From the human T2T-CHM13v2.0 reference genome, Homo sapiens: a stretch of DNA of 64,000 nucleotides. The notes beneath the pieces were generated by a model, which was given only the letters and a program-made list of their open reading frames with translations, did no database searches and was not told the origin of the DNA. Both the position numbers and the translations under genes were made by a program. Below, piece after piece: positions 17,040 to 29,715 of this stretch. The stretch lies in assembly GCA_009914755.4 (NCBI GenBank), contig CP086569.2, positions 17,888,001 to 17,952,000 of the forward strand, read 5' to 3'. The stretch's first letter is position 1. Each line of letters starts with the position of its first letter.

Positions 17040-17637
17040 AAAGAACAAAAAGTAGAACCTGTGTTAGATCCAGCAATCCCACTACTAGATACATGTATCC
17101 AAAGGAAAAGAAATCCTTCTATCAAGAAGACAGCTGCACTTAATATGTTTATCACAGCACTATCCACAATTGCAAAGATGTGGAATCAACCTATGTGTCC
17201 ATCAACAGGACATTGGATAAAGAAAATGTGGTGCACATACACTATGGAATATTACTCAGCTGTAGAAAAGGATGAAATTATGCCTTCTGCAGCAACATGG
17301 GTAGACCTGAAGACCATTATTCTAAGTGAATTAACTCAGAAGCAAAAAATCAAATACCACATGCTCTCACTTACAGTGGGAGCTAATGGACATATAGAAG
17401 GACATATGGACATATAGAAGGAAAAAATGGACATTGGGGCCTCCAAAAGAGGAGAGGGTGAGAGGGAGAAAGGGTTGAAAAATGACCTATTGGGTACAAT
17501 GTTCACTATTTGGATGACGCGTTCACTGAAAGCCCAGACTTCACCACTGCACATTATATGCATGTAAAAAGCCTGCACTTGTAGCCCCTAAATATATTAG
17601 AAATAAAACAATATTGAAAAATAGCTGCTTAAAAAAA
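17040..17637 (+). mobile_element. L1 3'-end fragment (ORF2 C-terminus plus 3'UTR) with an A-rich tail
   Basis: Contains 'gatccagcaatcccactactag..tatccaaaggaa', 'cacaattgcaaagatgtggaatcaacctatgtgtccatcaacagga' and 'ctcacttacagtgggagctaa', ending '...aataaaacaat..aaaaaaa'. Carries a small internal duplication 'catatagaaggacatatggacatatagaagg'. Confidence 0.8.
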
Positions 17638-18616
17638 GTTTTGGAAGAAAACCCTTCAAAAGGGTTTTCCTGATAACCTAGAAAAAAGAAGGATGTTTCT
17701 GCCCTACCACTGGACAAACTAAATGGGAACCTATAAGAGAAAAATAAAGTTCTTCCCATCTCTAGAACATAAGTGAGAAAAGCCAAGAGAAAGATTAACT
17801 TTTTCTACCAAGTGTATTGGTAGGCAGATGTGGTTGACCTCTAAACAATAAAAGTTTGATTTTGTGAATTTTATTTTGCCTCTGCCGGTCCTGAGACAGC
17901 AAGACAGTTCAACTTATCCTCTTTCTCCTGTTCCTCAGCCTACTCATCCTGAAGATGATGAGGATAAAGAACTTTATAATGAACCAATTCCAATTAAGGA
18001 ATAGTGAATATATTTTCTCTTCCTTAGGATTTTCTTAATAACATTTTTTCTCTAGCTTATTCTATTGTAACAATACAACATTAATATTCATTAGATTCTG
18101 ATACAGTGGAACATGGGAAGAGATGGGGGGTACATTTGGTAAGTGGATGGTGGGTGGACAATAGACATATGTGGTCATCAGGATTGTATCTAAAGATGTT
18201 TGTTCTCATGTTGTTGAGGCTGACGAGGCAGGGGAAATCGAATAATTTTCAGATTTAGTATAAAGATCTGATTATTTCTACCCACAAAACTTCATGTTTC
18301 TCCATGGCTAAAAGTTGTGTTTATACCCCTAGCCAAGACACAATCTTACATGATACCTCTTTCCGCTTTTATCCCTGGGTCCACCTTTTAAATTTAATAC
18401 CCCGACAAACTCATCCTTCACTGGGAAAGAATCTCTTGGAATGAAGCTGACCATTTACATTGAGCCTCTTGAGAGATTTGCTTGAGGCAGTCTTCCTGAG
18501 TGTGCTCTGGTGAAATGAGCCTTCTCTCCCAGATGCTTTTGTAAACTTAAACAGGAATAAATTGCCGCACTTTATACAATCTACAGTGAGTCTTGCTCTC
18601 ATGCAGAAGAACATGA

Positions 18617-19022
18617 GTGATATAATTTGGACTGTGTCCCTGCCCAAATGATAATTTGTAATCTCCAACATTGGTGGTTGGGCCTGGTGGTAGAAGATTG
18701 GATCATAAGGACGGATTTCTCATTAGGATTAGCACCATCTTCTTGGTGCTGTCCTCATGATAGTGAGTTCTTAAAAGATTTGATTGTTTAAAAGTGTGTG
18801 GCACGACCCCAACACACACACACACAAACACACACACACACTTGCCCTAACTTCTGCCATGTGAAGGGCCTACTCCCCTTTCTCCTTGCACCATAATTAC
18901 AAGATTCTTGAGTCCTCCCCAGGAGCAGAGGTTGACACCATCCTTCCTGTATGGTCTGCAGAACTGTGAGCTAATTAAACCCCTTTTCTTTACAAGTTAT
19001 TCAGTCTAAAGTCTTCTCTTTA
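18617..19022 (+). mobile_element. MaLR LTR (MST/THE1-like); 3' end abuts a simple repeat
   Basis: Contains 'tgatataatttggactgtgtccctgcccaaatg', 'ctgtcctcatgatagtgagttcttaaaagatt..gtttaaaagtgtgtggcac' and 'ctgcagaactgtgagctaattaaacccctttt'. Has an internal (CA)n at about 18816..18842. Confidence 0.7.
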
Positions 19023-19024
19023 TT

Positions 19025-19206
19025 TTCCTCCCTCCTTCCCTCTATCTCCTTCCCTCTGTCTCCCTCCCTCTCTCCCTCCCTCCCTCCCTCTCTCTTTCTT
19101 TCTTTCCTTCTTTCTTTCTTTCCTTCCTTCCTCCTTCCCTCCCTCCTTCCCTTCCTTCCTTCCTTCCTTCCTTCCTTCTTTCCTTCCTTCCTTCCTTCCT
19201 TTCTTC
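19025..19206. repeat. (CCTT/TCCC)n polypyrimidine simple repeat
   Basis: Sequence 'ccttccttccttccttcc...' directly visible. It explains the GRKEGRKE ORF on the minus strand. Confidence 0.9.
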
Positions 19207-19207
19207 C

Positions 19208-19482
19208 AGAGTCTTACTCTATCACCCAGGCTGGAGTGCAGTGACATAATCTAAGCTGACAGTGAACTCCACCTTCCAGGTTCAAGTGATTCTCCTGCCT
19301 CAGCCTCCTAATTAGCTGAGATTACAGAAGCACACCAATATACTGGCTAATTTTTGTATTTTTATTAGAGAAAGTGTTTCACAATGTTGGTCAGGCTGGT
19401 CTCAAATTCCTGACCTCATGACCTTCCCACCTCAGCCTCCCAAAGTGTTGGGGTTACAGGTGTGAGACACCATGCCCAGCCA
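19208..19482 (-). mobile_element. Alu (minus orientation)
   Basis: Begins 'gagtcttactctatcacccaggctggagtgcagtg' and ends 'gggttacaggtgtgagacaccatgcccagcc'. Confidence 0.85.
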
Positions 19483-20333
19483 GGCATTTCTTCATAGTAA
19501 TTCAAGAAAGGGCTAATACACTCGGTTTATAAAGAACAGAATGTGTTTGTATTGGTGAAATGCAGACACAAGTCAGGGGACTGTATTTTCCATGGGTGCT
19601 GTCTTTTCTAAGGAAAAAGGGGTTGGGTAAGCTTTGTTTGTGTTGGACCAAGGAGTACAGATAGGGCATGGTGGTATCCAGGCATCTGTATTATCATCTA
19701 TGTATTGCTAGTATCTACATAATTGTTGTTATTTCCATTGGTTTTCAATACATAGATGATCATTTATGCTGTTATCTTCATTTACATTCAGAGAGTTCAA
19801 ATCACTCAGCCTGAGGAAAGCCCTAGACCTTCCTCCCTCCTACTTGTCTGCACTTTTTTCTTTCCTTTTTATCTTACTCTGAAGGCAATTCACAGTCTCC
19901 AACTCCTTTTCTCTTGTAACCATGTTCGGCATCCCCTGGGGCACCTGCAGCAAGCAGCAAATAGCAATAGTGCAGACATCCCAGTAAGTTTGTGTATCGT
20001 GTTCACTCAACTACTTAATTCTCCAACCAAGCACTTCCACCATTTAGAAAAAATGAATTTTCTTTCATTAACTTATAGATTCAAGAATTATTTCATAGCT
20101 ACTTAACTAAGCTCTCAATATACAAATATGTTCAGATTTTATTTAAGAATTCATAAGCTTTGTCTTCTAGATTTTTTGCATTACTTCAATCGCTCATGTT
20201 CTTTTACAGACAGTAAGCTACATATTTTATTTCCATTCTTTAAAATAAAAAGGGTCTGCATTTTAACTCATTCATCACCACCATCTTTTGGAAAAGATCA
20301 GAGCTGATATTAATGAGTTGAGGCTGTGCTTCC

Positions 20334-20364
<31 letters not shown>

Positions 20365-20709
20365 CATGGTGATCTTTCTATGCCCTCCTATGGTCCAAAT
20401 TTTCCTAATGGTGTTGGCATGACCAAACTTCCAAATGGATTTATGGCATCAAAAAAACAATAAGTAGATTCAAAGTGGTCAAAATTGTTGGCTGTTATAT
20501 TTGAGCAGTCTCAGGACATTTCTGCTTGGAAAATCTAGTAACAAGATGATTCCATATTCCCACAGACTAACCTAAGGGAAAGGAATGTTTAAGGGGTATT
20601 GTGGTTGAGAACAAAGGTCAACCCAGGAGGACCTGCACAGCAATAAAGTGAACCTTTGTCTCTTAAAACAAAAAGAAGAAACATAGAAAAAAAACAAAAA
20701 CAAAACCAC

Positions 20710-20885
20710 TGGGGACTCCAAAAAAGGGGGATGGAGGAGGATTAACCACTAAAAAATTATCTATTGGGTACAATGTTCATTGTTTGGGTGATGGGTTCAC
20801 TAGAAGCCCAAACCCCAGCATTATGCCATATATCTATGTAACAAACCTGAACATGTAACCCCTAAATCTAAAGTAAAAATAATTT
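20710..20885 (+). mobile_element. L1 extreme 3'-end fragment
   Basis: Contains 'ctattgggtacaatgttcattgtttgggtgatgggttcactagaagcccaaaccccagcattatgccatatatctatgtaacaaacctgaacatgtaacccctaaatctaaagtaaaaataa'. Confidence 0.75.
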
Positions 20886-22883
20886 TGTTTCAAAGACATG
20901 CCTGCATCTACATGTTGAGATATCAGGAATGCTCCTTTAATGGAGAACTTTATGTGTCAATTTAACTGGGCCATGGAATGCCAAGATCCCTGATTATGCA
21001 TTATTTTTTAGTATGTCTGTAATGGTGTTTCTGGAAAAGATTAGCATTTGAATCCACATATTAAAGCAGATGAACCCTCCACAATGTAGGCAGGAATCAT
21101 TCAATCCCCTGAAAGCCAGAAGAGATTAAAAAAAAAAAGTGGAGGAAGGTTGACTCTCCCCCTTTCTTCCTCACTGCTGAGATGGGACATCAATCTTCTG
21201 CCTTGGTGCTCCTGTTTCTCAGGTCTTCAGACTTGGGCTGGAATCTATACCATTGGCTCTCCAGATTTCAGAACTTCTTCAATGATACCACTAGCTTTCC
21301 TGGGTCTCCAGCTTGTAGACAAAACAACGTGGGACTTCTCAGCCTCCATAAATCCATGAGACAATAGCTAAACTACATCTCTTTCTAGCCATCTATCATT
21401 CTACTGTTCTGTCATTATGTCATTCTGTCTATTTTTCTAGCCATCCAGTTTTATTCATCTGCCCATCTATCTCTCCACACCTGCACCCCACTGAAACATC
21501 CAGGTCCCTTTTCCTACAATATTATATCCCCTTCTGTGTGTCTGATAATTTTCTTGTGCCATTGTTTAATTTGGCTGTTGACTTTCAAATTTCTATTATC
21601 TCTTTAGAAATGGCAACTGTTAAGTGAATAAAGTGTCTTATTTCAAAGAGAACTGGTGGACATTTGTGAATTCTGCATAATGTATGAGGAAGGAGGTCAA
21701 GTATGAGACTTGTCATCTGCAAACACTTCTAAGGATGTTTCTTAATGTCATCATCTGATTTTTCAAGGTCTCTGTATTGTCCTCTGATTATATGAATACT
21801 TACTGGCTACAAATGTAATTAAAACCAATGCCACCTGTGTATCGACTCTGTAATTTCTTCTTTCATTAATTTACTGAAATTTATTTATCAGTCAATTTGC
21901 TTTTATAGGCTTTTATAATTATGAGGATCCTTGAAGGGTAAATAGGGTGGTGTTGAAATCACATTAGCTGGTCAGTAAGGGAAATGCTAATATAAACACA
22001 AATTTTTCTTCGCAATCCATATCAGTTTGATTAATTGATCATTCCCCTCAGCTTTATCATGGTCTCTGTGTAGCAGAACAATAAGGAAAAGAAACAGAAT
22101 TGCTACATTACAGATTATGCTTCAGATTTCTAAAAACAAACATTTGTAGTTTTACATTATTACATGAGGAAATTAATGGCTTAAGTAGTTACCATGTTTG
22201 TAGCTGTTTTAGACCTAGGTCTTTTTTTTATAACAGCACTCTGCCTTATAATTGATTTACTGAGTTATAGTGAGATATTGCTCACATGCCCTAAAGCTTC
22301 CTCTTGTAATGTGTCCAGTTCAGTGGTTCTTTGAATATTCAGAGTTGTCCAACCATCACCTCTAATGCCAGAACATTTTTATCACCCCAGAAGGGAAACC
22401 TCATATTTGTTAAACACCCACTCCCCATTACCTCTCTCCCCAGTCCGTGGCAACCACTAATCTATATTCTGTCTATAGATTTGCTTAGTCTTGCCATGTT
22501 ATATAAATGTCATCATATTACACGTGGCTCTCCCTGTCTGGTTTCTTTCACTGAGCATTGTATTTTCAACATATAACAGTGTTGTAGTCTGTGTTCGCAT
22601 TTTCTTTCTTTTTACGGCCAAATATTACTCCTTTGTATGGATTGACCACTCCTTTGGATAGATGAACATATCAATGTTTATGTATGCATTCATTGATGGG
22701 TATGTGTGTGGTTTCCATGTTGTGCTACTATGCACATTTGTATGCCAGTTATTGTGTGGTTCTATATGTTTATTTATTTTGGGTATATACATATGAGTAG
22801 AATACATGGGGACTTCAAAGGATCACTCTATATTTAACATTTTGAAAAACTGCCAGACTTTTTCCCAAAATGGCTGTGTCTTT

Positions 22884-23330
22884 TTGTAGTAGTGTGGGAA
22901 AATTCCATCAATAGTGTAGGGAGGTTCCATCATTAGTGTAGGAAGTTTTCTGTAGTAGTGTAAGAAGATTCCATCAGAAGTGTGGGAAGGTTGCATCAGT
23001 AGTGTAGGAAGTCTTCTGTAGTAGTATGGGAAAGTTCCATCAGTAGTGTAGGAAGGTTCCCAACAGTAGTATAGGAAGCTTCCTGCAGTAGTGTGAAGGT
23101 TTCATCCCAGTTTGGGAAGGTTCCATCAGTAGTATAGGAAGTTCCATCAGTAGGGTGGAAAGATTCTATCAGTAGTGTAGGAAGGTTTCCATAATAGTGT
23201 AGGAAGATTCTATCAGCAGTGTGGGAAGGTTCCCATCGGTAGTGTGGGAAGGCTTCCATCAGTAGTGTAGGAAGGTTCCCATCAGTAGTGTAGGAAGGTT
23301 CCCATCAGCAGTGTAGGAGGTTCCATTTTT
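22884..23330. repeat. Minisatellite with a 22-bp unit, about 20 copies ('AGTGTAGGAAGGTTCCATCAGT'-like)
   Basis: Successive units read 'agtgtagggaggttccatcatt', 'agtgtaggaagttttctgtagt', 'agtgtaagaagattccatcaga', 'agtgtgggaaggttgcatcagt' and so on. Confidence 0.85.
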
Positions 23331-23494
23331 GTTTCTGTATCCTTTCCAACACTCGTTGTTATCTCTCTTTTTCATTTCTAATTTTGGCTACATCACACAC
23401 ATTGGATGTGCTACACTGACCCTATAAAAATGCTAATTTCATAAACCAAAATGGAGGTTCTGCTTTTAATAACAAAAGATTATTTCTGCCCAAT

Positions 23495-24247
23495 CTTAGT
23501 AATCATCAGGGAAATACAAATTAAAACCACAATGAAGTTTTATCTTATCCCACTCAGAATGGCTATTATTAAAAAGACCCACACCCCCCAAAAAAAGATG
23601 TTGATGAGGATACAGAGAAAAAGGAATGCTTAGATACTGTTTGTTGAGTTACTGTTAGTTAGTACAACCTTTAGGGAAACAAATGTGAAGATTTCTCTAA
23701 TAGCTAAAATTAGAACTTCCATTCAATCCAGCAATTTCACTACTCGATAAGTACTCAGGGAAAATAAACCATTATAGCAAAAAGATACAATCACATATTT
23801 ATGGCAGTTTTATTCACAATAGCAAAGATAGGGAATCAATGTAAATGTCCATCAATAGTAGGCTGGAAAAAGGAAATGCAGTACATATACACCACAGAAT
23901 ACTATTAGCCATGAAAAACATGAAATTATGTCTTTTGCAGCACATGGATGAAACTGAAGGTAACTGTCTTTAGTGAAACAAACCAGGCACAGAAAGTCAA
24001 ATACCACATATTCTCACTCAGAAGTGGGTGCTAAAATGTGTACACATGGACACAGAGAGTAGAATAATAAACAATACAGATGCAAATGGGTGAGTGGGTG
24101 GGAGGGAGGAGTGAATGATGAGACATTAGTTAATATGTACAATGTAGGTTGATTAGATGATACATATCCTAAAAGTCCTATTTGACCACTATGCAATCTA
24201 TGCATGTAACAAATGCCACATGTAGCTCATAAATTTGTACAAAAAAG
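23495..24247 (+). mobile_element. L1 3'-end fragment (older subfamily, end of ORF2 plus 3'UTR)
   Basis: Contains 'aatcatcagggaaatacaaattaaaaccacaatgaagttttatcttatcccactcagaatggctattattaaaaag', 'ttattcacaatagcaaagata', 'caaataccacatattctcactcagaagtgggtgctaaa' and 'catgtaacaaatgccacatgtagctcataaatttgtacaaaaaa'. Confidence 0.8.
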
Positions 24248-25794
24248 ATTGCTTCATTGACAGAGAATGAACAAGAGGGTTTTTTTTTAAATTAAATTAT
24301 TTCTATACATTTTTAAATGCTGCTTGATATACTTCTCAACAATGATCACCTTAGATGCAAGCTGGCCTCATAACTCAATACACAATACTTTGAGTATACT
24401 GATTTACAGAAATGAAAACAATTCTAGCAATAACTAATCTTTTGCAGGTGAGAACATCCATCCAGCAGGGCCTCTGGTATTCCCATATCTCTGAGCTGCT
24501 TCCATTTCAACAACATTCACAGAGGGCTTCAGTCATGTCTCAAATACCTTCTAGAGTTTCCCTAGAAGGATGGCCAGCCCTTTCATGTGGTCATGACTTT
24601 GATCATCCTCCACAATCTCAGCATTTTCTATCATAAAGTTGACCCCACCTCAATGATGAAATATCTCTCCTCTTTCTCAGTTTGTCCCACATCTTCATCC
24701 CTGTTATATTTTTCCCTTACTTAAATTGGTGTATCATTTCCTTCTCACTGGTTTTATGCTATTTTAGGAGCCTGTTAAGTATTTTTCTTTAGCCAGAAAA
24801 CTGGAGAAGGGAATCACCTCCAGGTTAAGTCAAAGGAGACTTAAATTGCAACACTCAGAAGATCAAATGTACACTTGCCTTCCCACAGAAAACCAAATTG
24901 TGCATGAGATGGAAACCAGGGACCTTTAACATCTGTTAACCATACACGTGGGTGCCTTTGTGCGTGACAGGTTTCCCCATAGATGCAAACAGCCCTGTTT
25001 CTGCTTGACTCAAAGGTCCTCTCCTTCTCATTCAGTGTCATTGTACAAACTACAGTTTAGAGACTGCTCTCTGGGTCAGGCATCTAACTGCCCACTAAGG
25101 AATGAGTGAGAATAAAGTCTTTCCTCTCCAGCTGTTTTGGTTTGTAAAGAGGCAATCCAGTGTAATAAAGGCGAGATGCTCTGCAGTTCTTCTTGCACAA
25201 TGCACCTGTCTATGATACAGTGAGCACCAATGCAATTGAATTCACAGTGACACTCCTAACTCAGACTGGGGTCACAGATGTTCTTCTGGGGAGATGGGAA
25301 GGTTAAGAGGACCTATGAGTTCTTGCAGTTCACCTGCGGAAAGAAGTTCACAGGTGACGTCCAAGCAGAATATAGCTTGTTAAGAGGAGGCGAAAACCTT
25401 GCTGTAGGAAGCAGGATTCAGTCCTCAACAGATGGTGACCAGTTAAGTTGGTTAGAGCACAATGGACACCACACTTTCCTACTGGCTCTTTTGTAACTTG
25501 TTTTCTGTCCAGCACACAGATTACTTGTCATGATCTGCTGTGTCAAAAACTCTCTTCAGTCTACACATCTCAGGCTGGCTATGTCTGTCCCCTGGCAGAG
25601 ACCCTCTCTAAACTCCAACGCCAGGCTACCTAAATTGAACATCTTACCCCCTGCTCTCTCAGCACCTTCTTTTTCTGCCTTTTTACTCTAACCATGATGA
25701 TTGTAATGACATATTTATTGATGTTTGTTTGATGTTTCCCCCACATCGAGCCCCATGAAGGCACGCACCCTATTTCTTTTGTTTCTCTACAGCA

Positions 25795-26290
25795 GAGTTC
25801 CCCAGTCCACAGGCCATAGACCAGTATCAGCCCATGGCCTGTTAGGAACAAAGCTGCACAGCACGTGAGCAGCAGGGGAGCAAGTGAAATTTTATCTGTA
25901 TTTGGAGCTGCTCCCCATCACTCACAGTGCATTACTGCCTGAGCTCCACATCCTGCACATCAGCATCAGTATTGGATTCTCATGGGAGGGTGAACCATAA
26001 TTGCGAACTGCACGAGTGAGGAATCTAGGCCGCACGTTCCTTATGAGAATCTAATGATGTCTCCCATCACCCGAGGTAGGACTGTCTAGTTGCAGGAAAA
26101 CAAGCTTATGGCTCCCACAGATTCTGCATCACAGTGAGTTATATAATTATTTCATTGCCTATTACAGTGAAATAATAATAGAAATAAAGTGCACATTAAA
26201 TGTAAAGCCATTGAATCACTCCAAACCACCCCCATCCCCCCCCACCTCCATCCCACCACGGTTCCTGGAAAAAGTGTCTTCCAACATACC
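25795..26290. mobile_element. MER-type interspersed repeat, same family as 14814..15350
   Basis: Contains 'cagcccatggcctgttaggaacaaagctgcacagca', 'attactgcctgagctccacatcctg', 'gattctcatgggagg..', 'cttatgagaatctaatgatgtc' and 'ccacggttcctggaaaaagtgtcttccaaca', segments shared with the element at 14.8 kb. Confidence 0.4.
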
Positions 26291-27933
26291 CATCCCTGCT
26301 TCCAAAAACATTTGGGGCTGCTTCTCTATAGTATTTACAGCTTCTGAGACCATGATTAGCCTATGGTAAACTCCGAAGTATTTGAACGAATAAATAAAAG
26401 TAGAGGGTGTGACGAACCTATGAGAGAGCGTCTTTCAGCTTTAACTTATCCAGTGTCTTCTATCTCTTTTGTGCATACTGGTTGCCATGGTTTGAGATTT
26501 TGCATCCCCTCCAAAATTCATTTGTGAAAACCTAATCCTTAATAGGTTAGTATTAAAAGTTTGCGCCTATAACAGTTAATAAAATAATAAGCATAAAGTT
26601 CTCACAAATGCGAGGGAGGAAACCTTTTATATAAGGGCTCAATTTGAAGGTGAAAGTCTCTCTTTACCCTTTAACTTTCTGCTACATGAGGAGAAAGCAT
26701 TTCTCCCCAACAGATAATGCAGCATTCAAGGTGCCATCTTGGAATCAGAATCACAAACCTACTGGATCCTCAGTCTTGAACTTCCCAGCCTCCAGAACTG
26801 TGAGCCAGTAAATTTCTGCTTGTAAATTACTCAGTTTGTGGTATTCTGTTACAGCAGCACAAATAAGCTAAGACACTGGTTTGTTTTTTGGGAATGACTT
26901 AATTATCTTTCCAAACCTATTTCCTTATCTGATGATTTAGCTCACATCACCTCTTTCATTGAGCTATCTTCAGCTTCCATTAGCTGAGGGGTGTGCAGAA
27001 AAGTGTGCACACAGCAAGCCTGAAACAGTTATCTTTAGAAGATCGTGCTTGCAAGGTCAGCCCTTGGCTGGTGACTGGGAACACAGCTTGTAAAACGTTC
27101 CTACACTAGTGGGTAGTTTCCTAGATGAGCTTCTTAGGGTTGTCATGCACATCGCTTCAAACGGGTTGGCTTGAAACAACATATTTATTATCTCACCATT
27201 TTTGACACCAAAGTCTGAAATCAAATTGGCAGTAGGACTCCGCTGCCACTGAAGTCTTTAGGGGATGGTCCATGCTTATTTCTTTCAGTTCTTCGTGGTT
27301 GCTGACTGTCCTGGGCATTCTTTAGCCTATGGGAGCATCACTCCAATCTCTACCTCCATTGTCATATGGAATTGTCCGCTAATTACATCTCTGAAGACAT
27401 TATTTTGGAGAAAGGTCATATTCTGAGATTTTAGATGAACATGAGTTTCAGAGGAACACTATTCAATCCAGTACATTCCCTAACTGATATATATTTTGTT
27501 TATTTGTTTTTATTTGTGCTGTGACTAGATGGTGCAAACAATGCAATTTATGGTGCAAATCTGCTTTTCTTCTGGGAGTCCAGCATTTCGGAAAGTGGTA
27601 AGCAGAGGGTGCCTATGTGACCAGCCCCTAATAAAATCTTTGGTTGTGGAGTCCCTGATGGGTAGAAACACTCTTTGTGCAAGATTGTTTTTGTTACTGT
27701 TACTCCTAAGAAGCCTGTGCTTGGAAACATTATTGTTAACTGTGGACATCCTACAGTAGTATAGACAACCAGAATGTATTCCTCCTATCTGGCAGTAATT
27801 TTGTAAACTTTAATCTCTCCCTATCTCCCTCTTCCAACCACCCTTCCCAGGCTGTAGTATCCTCTGGTCTAGTTTTTACTTCTGTGAAATCAACTTTTAA
27901 CTTTTATATTAAGTTCAGGGGTACAAATGGGGG

Positions 27934-28314
27934 TGGTATGGTTAGGCTCTGTGTCCCCACCAATATCTCATCTTGAATTATAATTCCCATAATTCCCACA
28001 ATTCCCACGTGTCAAGGGAGAGACGAGGTAGAGGTGATTTGATCATGCTGGTGTTTTCCCCCATGCTGTTCTCATGATAGTGAGTGAGTTCCCGCGAGAT
28101 ATGATGGTTTCATAAGAGGCTTTTCACCCCTCACTCTTCACACTCTTTCACCTGCCACCAGGTAAGGCATGCCTCTTCCCCTCGTGCCATGATCATAACT
28201 TTTCTGAGGCCTCCCCAGCCATGCAGAACTGTGAGTCAATTAAACTTCTTTTCTTCATAAATTACGCAGTCTCAGGTTGTATCTTTATAGCAGTGTGAAG
28301 GCAGACTAATATAG
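27934..28314 (+). mobile_element. MaLR LTR (MST/THE1-like)
   Basis: Contains 'tggtatggttaggctctgtgtccccaccaatatctcatcttgaattataattcccataattcccac', 'ctgttctcatgatagtgagtgagttcccgcgagatatgatggtttcataa' and 'ccatgcagaactgtgagtcaattaaacttcttttcttcataaattacgcagtctcaggttgtatctttatagcagtgtgaaggcagactaatatag'. Confidence 0.8.
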
Positions 28315-28526
28315 AACATTTATTACATAGGTAAAATTGTGTGATGAGGATTTGTTGCACAGATTATTTTATCACCTAAGCATTAATTGTAGTACTCAAT
28401 TGATGTATTTTCTGCTCTTCTCCCTCCTCCCATTCTCCACCCTCTTGTGGGTCCCAGTGTCTGTTGTTCCCTTCTTTGGGTCCATGTGTTCTCGTCATTT
28501 AGTTTTCACATTTTTTTTAATTTTTT

Positions 28527-28820
28527 CTTTCTTTTTTTTTTTTTTTTTGAGATGGAGTCTCACTTTGTCACCCAGGCTGGAGTGCAGTGGCATGACATCG
28601 GCTCACCTCAACCTCCACCTCCCGGGTTAATGCAATTGTCCTGCCTCAGCCTTCTGAGTAGCATGGATTACAGGCATGTGTCACCACACTGGCTAATTTT
28701 TGTATTTTTAGTAGAGATGAGGCTTCACCACGTAGGTCAGGCTGGTCTCCTGACCTCATGATCTGTCCCCCTTGGCCTCCAAAGTGCTATGACTACAGGC
28801 ATGAGCCACCACACCTAGCC
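28527..28820 (-). mobile_element. Alu (minus orientation)
   Basis: Poly-T followed by 'gagatggagtctcactttgtcacccaggctggagtgcagtggc' and ending 'ctacaggcatgagccaccacacctagcc'. Confidence 0.9.
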
Positions 28821-28824
28821 TAGT

Positions 28825-29600
28825 TTCTACTTTTAAGTGAGGACATGTGGTATTTGGTTTGTTTTGTTTTCTGTTTCTACATTAGTTTGAGAAAGACAAT
28901 GGCCTCCAGCTCCATCTATATTACTGAAAACAACATAATCTCATTCTTTTTTATGGCTGTACAATATTCCATGGTCTCACTCAGCTTTGTTTTCTTTCTT
29001 CCTAGTGCAGGATGCAATTCTTGGCTTATGATAGGTCCTCCATGAATATATACCAAACAAATCAGAATGAAGAGGTTGGTAATGATTCAGCAGTTTTCTC
29101 TCATCCATTTTTCATTATTATTCTTACTATTTTATATATTTAGCAGGTACAATTACAGATGTCTTAACATGCATATATTGCAGAGCGGTGAAGTCTCGGC
29201 AGTTTTAACCAATAGATAATGTAACAATCATCACTCCCCTTCCACTTTTCCCATTTTGGTATTCCTCAATTGTCTATTATTCCACTCTTTACGTCCATGT
29301 GTACTCATTGTTTATCTCCACATATAAGTGAAAATATGTAGTATTTGACTTTCTGTTTCTGAGTTATTTTACCTAGAATAATGGCTTCTAGTTTCATCTA
29401 TGTTGCAAAAGAGATGATTTCCTTCTTTTGTATGGCTGATTATTTTTCCACAGTGCACATGTACCACATTATCTTTATCCAGCCCTCTATTGATGGGCAC
29501 TTAGGTTGATTTCATTTCTTTGCTATTGTGACTAGTTCTGCAACAAACATGCAAGTGTAGTTTTCTTTTTGATATGACGATTTATTTTCCTTTGAATACA
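28825..29600 (+). mobile_element. L1 fragment (old subfamily, ORF2 3' region)
   Basis: Contains '...ctccagctccatctat..ttgcaaa..', 'ttttatggctgtacaatattccatggt', 'tatctttatccagccctctattgatgggcacttaggttgatttcatttctttgctattgtgactagttctgcaacaaacatgcaagtg'. Confidence 0.5.
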
Positions 29601-29715
29601 TACCGGAAGTTCACCACTTTGATTACTGAATGCAGAATTTCTAAGGGCATATCATTAATCTATTGAAATCAATCAGAAGAGACTGGGTACTATGTAATTG
29701 CAACTTTGAAGTTAG

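Noticed and set aside
19020-19247. 75-aa minus-strand ORF 'GRKEGRKEGRKE...'
   Set aside because: It is a translation of the (CCTT)n polypyrimidine microsatellite.
28337-28761. Two overlapping ~100-aa plus-strand ORFs
   Set aside because: They span an Alu (28527..28820) and its poly-T tract. The second half is the characteristic Alu-antisense peptide '[16 protein letters not shown]'.
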